From: Pseudomonadota bacterium
GTDB taxonomy: Bacteria; Pseudomonadota; Gammaproteobacteria; UBA9214
Assembly: GCA_029287615.1 (NCBI GenBank)
Contig: JARFQV010000200.1
Span: 1-54,641, forward strand
Direction: 5' to 3'
DNA: 54,641 bases
In this document: positions 48,439 through 54,641 of the stretch, one piece after another
Layout of the letters: each line of letters begins with the position of its first letter
Numbering within the stretch: the stretch's first letter is position 1
Position numbers and translations under genes: made by a program
Notes under the pieces: model-generated
The model's input: only the letters and a program-made list of their open reading frames with translations
Databases searched by the model: none
Told to the model about the DNA's origin: nothing

Positions 48439-48823
48439 CCTGCCTCAGCCGGGACAGGGACGCTACCGTACTCGAGAGTCGCGACATGTCCAGCAACGGC
48501 TTGCGGAAAAGCTGGCCATCGCCAACACCGATGGCCCGCAAGTCGTCAGAGATCATAAAATCGGTGGATCCGGTGTGTATCAGGAACTGCAAGGCAGGTT
48601 GCAGCTCGTGCAGAACCCGAATGGCTTGATCCCCATTCATGCCAGGCAAGCGCATATCCATGATGCATACATCAAATGATTCGCCATCACGGGCCCGAAT
48701 CATTGCCTCCTCGGCGGAGGCTGATATTTTCACCCGCATGCCCTCATCTTCCAGAAAGGTCTGTAATCCCCTGGCAATCCAGGGTTCATCATCAACGATG
48801 AGGACGCGGGGATTCAAGTCCAT
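48410..48823 (-). CDS. Stand-alone response-regulator receiver protein
   Basis: 137 aa: VLIVDDEP...DVCIMDMRLPGMNG...K. The ATG overlaps the stop of the upstream kinase by 10 nt. Confidence 0.85.
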   Translation of the reverse strand: MDLNPRVLIVDDEPWIARGLQTFLEDEGMRVKISASAEEAMIRARDGESFDVCIMDMRLPGMNGDQAIRVLHELQPALQFLIHTGSTDFMISDDLRAIGVGDGQLFRKPLLDMSRLSSTVASLSRLRQGESEDRGRD

Positions 48824-51696
48824 TCTCTTCCATGGATCGGCAAGCGCAGGATGAAACAGGCACCTTCACCCGGCACTGATCGTACCTCGATGGTGCCCCT
48901 GTGCTGTTCAGTGACAATAAAATAAGACACGGAGAGACCCAGTCCGGTTCCAACTCCTACCACCTTGGTCGTGAAGAAGGGTTCGAAAACCCGCTGGCGT
49001 GTCTTCTCGTCCATCCCCGGCCCGTTGTCCTCCACCTCTATCTGTGCATAGTCACCCTGGCGGCGGGTACGCAGGGTAATGCGCTGCGGTGGCAGTGTAT
49101 TACAGGATGCCATGGCCTGGGCGGCATTCTTGACCAGATTCAGTAGCACCTGCTCTATCTCGGTGTGATCGCAGGTTATCCATTCCAGTTCCGGATCGTA
49201 CTCACGCACAATCTCGATCTGTTTGAAATCATACTTCTTCTTCAGATCATAGTCACTGGCTGCGAGGCGTACCACGGTATCCACCATCTCCTCGACCCGT
49301 GCGGGCTGAAAATCGGTAGTCGTGGTCCGGCTGAAGGCAAGCATGTCGGCCACGATCCGGCTGGCACGTGCAGCCGCATCCTGGATAGCCTTGATGAAAT
49401 CCAGGATTTCGCGTTTCTCCAGGTACCGTCGAATCATGTCGAGGTTCAAACCAAGGGATTCGGCCACGCGCTCGTTGGCTGGCAGATCGACTGATAAACG
49501 ACGCTGAATGTTCTGGCAACTTTGCAGTACACCACTCAGGGGATTGTTGATCTCATGCGCCATTCCCGCGGCCAGCCCGCCAACCGATAGCATTTTTTCG
49601 GTTTGCACCATCATCTGCTCGATTCGTACCCGGTTGGTGATATCGTCCATCCGGATCACCGCACCTGCCGCGCCGTTGGCAAGCAGGGGGTAAACTACTA
49701 CATCCGAATAGTGGGTTTCCCCCTTCTTCTCGACCTTCAGGCGCCTCGTATGCACCGGTGTATGCGTTCGGATTGCTTCATGCACATTTTCCAGTTGGGA
49801 TTCGAGTTCCGGAAACAGATCAATGCAGGAGCGCCCGATGGCCTTTGTAGTAGGAACACCGGTGTCCTGTTCGGCGCGCTGATTCCACTCAGTGATCCTG
49901 CCCTCATCATCGATGCCCACCAGAATGGAAGGCATCGAATCGATAATGTTTTTGAGATAGGTTCGCATGCGATGCAGTTCCTGGTCGACGCGAACCCTCT
50001 CGGATATATCAACAATGGCGCTGAGCACCAGGTTTTCATGGCCGGTCTTTATGGGACTGAGACCGATCTCGATGGGGAACTCGCTGCCGTCCTTCCTCAG
50101 TCCGAAAAGCTTTCGTCCGAAACCCATGGCCCGGGCACGGTCTTCCACCATGAAGCTTCTGCGGTACTGGGGATGTATCTGGCGCAGGCGCGGGGGTATG
50201 AGCATCTCGATCTCCTGCCCGAGCAACTCCTGTCGCCGGTAGCCGAAAAACTTCTCGGTCTGGGAATTGACCAGAACGATCTTTCCCTTTTGGTCGATCA
50301 TGACGATTGCATTGGGGGCTGATTCGACAACCAGCCGGAACAGCATGTCCGCTCGTTCGCGCGCGGTCATATCCTCCATTTCCCCCACCAGCAGCAAGGG
50401 CCGCCCATTGGCGTCACGAACGAGACCTACCCGTACCCGGCCGGTAATAATCGTTCCATCACGCCTTATATAGCGTTTTTCAAGATCTATTTGCTGACTA
50501 TCACCCTGCAGAAGTCCCTGTAACTGCTTCCTGGACTCTTCCCAGTCATCGGGATGGCTGATCTCCTCGATCGTCATCTGTAACAGTTCTTCCGCCGTAT
50601 AGCCCAGGGTAGCGCAAAAGGCTGGATTGACGGAGAGCAGTTTGCCATCCAGGCCGGCTGTTACGATCCCGATCGGTGCATTCTTCAGGGTCAGGCGAAG
50701 TAATTCTTCCGCACGCTGGCGGTCATGGACCTCGGCCGCGAGTTGCGAATTGATACGGGAGAGTTCCCTCGTGCGATCACCGACACGGGTTTCCAGTTCA
50801 TCGCGGGATTCAAGAATGGTCTGTTCCGCTGCGGCCCGGTATTCCTCTTCACGCCTTATCAACCAGTACATGACAGCACTGAACACCGCGAAGATCAGAA
50901 AGACCGTGGCGGCCTGGCGATCAAGCATGGCCTTGTAATCACTGAACACATCCGCGTCGGGAAGATAAGCCAGTGTCCAGCGACTGCCCTTCACCTCTAC
51001 ATTATGCTCAATCCTCCCGCTCTCCTCCGCGGTCAGGCGCATAGCACGTTGCAAATCGATACGTGATCCACCGGCCGCCACCTCAATCAGGTCCTGATCA
51101 TCCCTGCTCAGGAGTAGCAACTGGTGATCATGCAACTGACTGCTGGCAAGAATCTTTGCCAGCCGCGATGGAGAAAAGCTGATGAAAAATATGCCCCGGC
51201 TTCCATCCTCCGCCCGCCAGCCAGTCATGATGTCGAAATGGTAACCCAGCGGGTTGGGATGGATATGCACCGTTTGTTGTTCGCCAGGACTGGAAAATCT
51301 CTGGATATCACCCTGACAGACCTCCCCGATCCTTCCCTCGAAATCATCCAGCCGCACATTTCCCTCGGCATCGGCAATGGTAAAGGCAAAGTATTCGGGA
51401 AAATGCGATTGCACGAGCCTCCTGAGTGCTGCGTGCCGGTCTTCATCCTCGGGATGTTGCGCCAGATAGCGGATCCGCGGGGTCTCCTTTTCAGCAAACA
51501 GCCTGACCCGCCGTCGCTCCTCCTCGAGGTAAAGGCGAATAATGCGAGCAGTCCCGCTGATTGACTGTTGAAGCAATGCCTGTTGACTGCTCAGGTACCT
51601 TTCATAGCTTTTATTCACATAGCCATACAGGGAGATCCCGACCAGAATCAGGGTAAAGAATACGAACAGGGATGTGTATTGCTTGAATAAACGCAT
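48814..51696 (-). CDS. Membrane sensor histidine kinase (periplasmic sensor domain, three PAS domains, HisKA, HATPase)
   Basis: The track start is GTG 51705. ATG 51696 gives MRLFKQYTSLFVFFTLILVGISLYGYV. The H-box is GMAHEINNPLSG. ATPase boxes are NLVKNAAQA, VEDNGPGM and GTGLGLSVS. Confidence 0.9.
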   Translation of the reverse strand: MRLFKQYTSLFVFFTLILVGISLYGYVNKSYERYLSSQQALLQQSISGTARIIRLYLEEERRRVRLFAEKETPRIRYLAQHPEDEDRHAALRRLVQSHFPEYFAFTIADAEGNVRLDDFEGRIGEVCQGDIQRFSSPGEQQTVHIHPNPLGYHFDIMTGWRAEDGSRGIFFISFSPSRLAKILASSQLHDHQLLLLSRDDQDLIEVAAGGSRIDLQRAMRLTAEESGRIEHNVEVKGSRWTLAYLPDADVFSDYKAMLDRQAATVFLIFAVFSAVMYWLIRREEEYRAAAEQTILESRDELETRVGDRTRELSRINSQLAAEVHDRQRAEELLRLTLKNAPIGIVTAGLDGKLLSVNPAFCATLGYTAEELLQMTIEEISHPDDWEESRKQLQGLLQGDSQQIDLEKRYIRRDGTIITGRVRVGLVRDANGRPLLLVGEMEDMTARERADMLFRLVVESAPNAIVMIDQKGKIVLVNSQTEKFFGYRRQELLGQEIEMLIPPRLRQIHPQYRRSFMVEDRARAMGFGRKLFGLRKDGSEFPIEIGLSPIKTGHENLVLSAIVDISERVRVDQELHRMRTYLKNIIDSMPSILVGIDDEGRITEWNQRAEQDTGVPTTKAIGRSCIDLFPELESQLENVHEAIRTHTPVHTRRLKVEKKGETHYSDVVVYPLLANGAAGAVIRMDDITNRVRIEQMMVQTEKMLSVGGLAAGMAHEINNPLSGVLQSCQNIQRRLSVDLPANERVAESLGLNLDMIRRYLEKREILDFIKAIQDAAARASRIVADMLAFSRTTTTDFQPARVEEMVDTVVRLAASDYDLKKKYDFKQIEIVREYDPELEWITCDHTEIEQVLLNLVKNAAQAMASCNTLPPQRITLRTRRQGDYAQIEVEDNGPGMDEKTRQRVFEPFFTTKVVGVGTGLGLSVSYFIVTEQHRGTIEVRSVPGEGACFILRLPIHGREWT

Positions 51697-51763
51697 CTCC
51701 ACCACCAGGGAAATTCAATCCCGCCATGGCCCAGCGACTGCCAAACTACATCATGCCCGGTTG

Positions 51764-54274
51764 CTATCCGGAGTGAACCTGTTTGTTTACCGGCTGGATC
51801 TTCCACTCGGGAAGATCAAAGTAGAAGGTGGTTGCCGTATTGTGCACACTATCGAAACCAATCCGTCCACCGTGTTTTTCCACGATGGCCTTCGCAATAC
51901 TCAGACCGAGTCCTGCGCTGTCCTTGTGTCGCTCGTCTTCCAGGGATGGCTCTGCCTGTGTGAAGGGATTGAAAATTTCATCCCGAAAACTCTCCGGCAC
52001 CCCTGGACCATGATCCGTGACCGATATCCGCACCATCTCCCCATGCCGGGCTACGGAAATTTCGACCAGATCACCCGCATGCGAATACTTGGCGGCATTG
52101 GAAAGGAGATTAGTCAGCACCTGCATAATTCGGTCACTGTCCGCCTCTACCATTACACCTGACAGTGAGTGTCCAAGTAGGTAACGTACTCCGAATTGCT
52201 CGGCAAATGCCGAACTCGCGATGATCGATTCCTCGATGATTGACATCAGGTCCAGCACGTCGAATTCGAATGCCATGCCACCCGTTTCCAGTTTCTGTAT
52301 ATCCATGAACTCGTCAACCAGTCGCTTGAGGCGGTCGCTGCTGCGGCGGGCAATGTCCAGCATGGTCCGCAAGTGCGCCGGCAATCCTGCCTGGGAATTT
52401 TGAACGATCATATCCAGCGAGAGTCCAAGATTGGTTAATGGTGTACGCAATTCATGGCTGGCAATCGAGAAAAACGTTGCCCTGCTGTTTTCTATCTTTC
52501 TTCGTTCGGTAATATCATTTCCGGAACTCAGGGTAGATATGACTTTGCCTTCTTCGTCACGCAGTTTCTGATTGTGCCAGGCTATGATTTTTTCCGTTCC
52601 ACCCTTGCTCAGTACCGGATTTTCATAATGTTGCATGGTATCGACATTGTCGTGAATCATGGCGATGAAACCCTGCCGCAGATCTTCCCGTATCCGTTCC
52701 GGAATGAAGTGATCGAACCAGTTCTTGCCCAGAATCTCCTGCTCATTGTAACCAAGCACGTCACAACCCGTTTTATTGATGAGCGACACCCGCTGATCTC
52801 TTTTGATCACTATGATGATCACTCCGGCAACATCCAGATACTGCTGCGCCCTGTCACGTTCCTTTTTGAGCGCCAGAGCCACCCTCTTCTGCTCGGTTAT
52901 GTCAACCGCTATACCCAGAACCGCGGGTATATTCGAGCCCGATTCCGTAAAGGGAATTTTTGTTGTCTGTAACACATGCAGCTCACCTGCGCTGTCCCTG
53001 AACTCCTCTTCGGGTACGAAGGTCGGCGACTGGCTTTCGACCACCCCATCATCATCCACGAGCTTGCAATCCAGCCGTGCCTCGTCCCCGGCAACATCAC
53101 CAGGTCCCTGGATCATCAACTGATCCACGGTGGTGCCATACATCTCGGCCATCACCCGGTTCGCGAGCAGGAAATTCCCGTTCCTGTCCCTGGCAAATAT
53201 CATGTGGGGCACAAGATCGATTACCTGACGCAGCTGCCGCTCCTTGCTGCGCAGTTCCTTATCAGCGAGCTGCTGGGATATCTCGCTGCCGACCCACTGC
53301 GCCATCAGGTGTATGACCCCCTTGTCCGTGTTACTGAAGGGCACATCCAGTGACCGCGGACTGGAAAAACTCAGGGTCCCGTACACCTCTCCCCCCGCGG
53401 TTACCGGGATGCCCAGGTAGGCCTCCAGCCTGGTCTCTCCATAACAGGGATGAGTGTGCCATTCTGATACACCGGCATGCTCGAACCCGATGGCGCTGTC
53501 CGCCTTCAGGGTTTCGCGGCAATAGGTCTTGCCGAGATTCAGGATATCACCTGCCCGGATAGACCCGTCCGGTGCCACAACCTGAATCACCTCGTAACTG
53601 TCTTCGTGGATATGTGACAGGATACCAATCGGCACATTGAAGCGACGGCATCCGTATTCAAGCAGCGCCCTGAGCTTGTCATCGAAACTCATATCCTGTG
53701 CAGCAGTGATTTCATGCAGCGTGTGCAATACTTCCCATGTCTGGCGACTCTCGCCCACACCGCTGACCAGCGACATCACACTGCCGGCAAGCCCGTGGCA
53801 GTCCTCGACCACAATGCTGTCCAGCCGTGCGGGAAACGCCTTGCCCTCGCCACCTATCAGACTGAGATAGCAGGTACTGCTCCTCCCGGAATCGAGCGCT
53901 CCCTTGATGTGTTTACTGTAACGGTCTGTATCAACGGGACTAACGAGCCGATTTACCGGATGACCAACGATAAACTGCCTGTTCAGCGACAGCTGAGAGA
54001 GAAGTGTGCTGTTGACATCCAGCAACCGGCCATCTGATCCCGAGATCAGACAGCCCGCCGGCAGATGCTCAAAGAGATCAGCATAGTAATCACGGGTAAC
54101 CCGGGAATCCTGAATGGATTTCTGCAGCTGCAGATTACTGGCCCGCAGTTGCTGATTTTCCTTTTCCAGCTCCTCGATCCGGTTACGGCCGCCCCGCCCG
54201 GATACCACATAGTCTGCGGGTTTATTCGGTGAATTCCCCCCCTTCGTTTCTGGTACTGACTTGCGAGTTTTCAT
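51764..54274 (-). CDS. Cytoplasmic PAS/GAF/PAS sensor histidine kinase
   Basis: 836 aa with an N-terminal coiled coil, multiple PAS domains and one GAF-like domain. The H-box is IASHELRTPLTNL. ATPase boxes are VTDHGPGVP and SAGLGLSIAKAIV. Confidence 0.9.
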   Translation of the reverse strand: MKTRKSVPETKGGNSPNKPADYVVSGRGGRNRIEELEKENQQLRASNLQLQKSIQDSRVTRDYYADLFEHLPAGCLISGSDGRLLDVNSTLLSQLSLNRQFIVGHPVNRLVSPVDTDRYSKHIKGALDSGRSSTCYLSLIGGEGKAFPARLDSIVVEDCHGLAGSVMSLVSGVGESRQTWEVLHTLHEITAAQDMSFDDKLRALLEYGCRRFNVPIGILSHIHEDSYEVIQVVAPDGSIRAGDILNLGKTYCRETLKADSAIGFEHAGVSEWHTHPCYGETRLEAYLGIPVTAGGEVYGTLSFSSPRSLDVPFSNTDKGVIHLMAQWVGSEISQQLADKELRSKERQLRQVIDLVPHMIFARDRNGNFLLANRVMAEMYGTTVDQLMIQGPGDVAGDEARLDCKLVDDDGVVESQSPTFVPEEEFRDSAGELHVLQTTKIPFTESGSNIPAVLGIAVDITEQKRVALALKKERDRAQQYLDVAGVIIIVIKRDQRVSLINKTGCDVLGYNEQEILGKNWFDHFIPERIREDLRQGFIAMIHDNVDTMQHYENPVLSKGGTEKIIAWHNQKLRDEEGKVISTLSSGNDITERRKIENSRATFFSIASHELRTPLTNLGLSLDMIVQNSQAGLPAHLRTMLDIARRSSDRLKRLVDEFMDIQKLETGGMAFEFDVLDLMSIIEESIIASSAFAEQFGVRYLLGHSLSGVMVEADSDRIMQVLTNLLSNAAKYSHAGDLVEISVARHGEMVRISVTDHGPGVPESFRDEIFNPFTQAEPSLEDERHKDSAGLGLSIAKAIVEKHGGRIGFDSVHNTATTFYFDLPEWKIQPVNKQVHSG

Positions 54275-54290
54275 ACGCTCCTGACGAGTG

Positions 54291-54641
54291 ATTCAACGGA
54301 TTCCGGAATCATGCAGCTGTACAGCGTCGTCTCTTCCGGACATACCCTGTGCGGCCTGGCTCCCCAGAATAAGTCTTCGTGCCGCGACAGTAAACCAGGG
54401 GAGTATCATCGGGTATGAGAATGTTCCGGCGCTCGGAGGTGCCCTGAACCAGCTGAAAGCCCTGGTAGACGAACTTCTGCCAGGCAAGTTCATTATCGAC
54501 TACAAAGGCCAGGCGCAGGAGTACAGGAATGCCGGCACCATGACGGGCATTGCTACCGCAGCAGGCTCTTTGCCGCTTTTGCTTTCATCCGGGACGGGTG
54601 CCGATTCAGGCCAGGTTATCGGCACAGTCATCCTCGCAGGC
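54291..54641 (+). pseudogene. Remnant of an RND (AcrB/HAE1-type) efflux permease, N-terminally truncated with an internal deletion
   Basis: The frame is open from the stop at 54288-54290 to the window end. It reads ...IIGYENVPALGGALNQLKALVDELLPGKFIIDYKGQAQEYRNAGTMTGIATAAGSLPLLLSSGTGADSGQVIGTVILAG. The first part resembles the end of the second periplasmic loop (AcrB ...DWTGLSYQERLSGNQ). The last part resembles the TM11-12 loop (AcrB [24 protein letters not shown]). Only ~10 aa separate them, against ~130 aa in AcrB. No start codon precedes the segment. Confidence 0.4.

Noticed and set aside
1-54641. I looked for rRNA, tRNA, tmRNA, CRISPR arrays, transposase/integrase/recombinase ORFs, phage genes, toxin-antitoxin pairs and known defence-system genes.
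   Set aside because: No regularly spaced direct repeats and no cloverleaf-like sequence turned up in the intergenic regions I read. No ORF carries DDE, tyrosine/serine recombinase, reverse transcriptase, nuclease-helicase or similar motifs. This was a by-eye scan only, so covariance-model and CRISPR-finder scans would be needed to be definitive.

Overview
This is a 54.6-kb, GC-rich, densely coding proteobacterial-type chromosomal segment with about 37 protein genes, most on the minus strand. I found no rRNA, tRNA, CRISPR array, transposase, integrase or phage ORF. ORF-track starts include GTG/TTG and are often too long, so several starts were re-set by reading the sequence.

Gene order:
- htpX (cut by the window start), a CPA2 cation/H+ antiporter, sdaA and mscK.
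- A DUF2845 protein, then an AsmA-like protein translationally coupled to a Cache/HAMP hybrid sensor kinase.
- A 260-bp MITE-like inverted-repeat element.
- A ~9-kb envelope-glycoconjugate island: four sulfotransferases, an ELM1-like and a GT8-like glycosyltransferase, an LpxL-type acyltransferase and a 2OG-Fe(II) oxygenase.
- An orphan NodT outer-membrane factor with two small membrane proteins.
- A receptor-topology Cache Ser/Thr kinase.
- A TLC/MFS-like transporter fused to HEAT repeats, divergent from an exported dikinase-like protein with plant glucan-water-dikinase domain order, followed by an SGNH-like protein.
- A hypothetical protein, an MDR oxidoreductase and a DUF349 protein.
- A suf operon (leader ORF, sufB, sufC, sufD, sufT-like, sufA-like remnant, sufE) with no sufS.
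- A PAS kinase, REC, REC-PP2C and STAS partner-switching operon, a second PAS/GAF kinase, and an RND permease remnant at the window end.

Best leads for something undescribed:
1. The four-sulfotransferase glycolipid/LPS-modification island.
2. The exported swivel-His + ATP-grasp dikinase paired with a nucleotide-transporter-like HEAT fusion and a receptor-type Ser/Thr kinase.

All family assignments come from motif reading by eye. None has been checked by HMM or BLAST.
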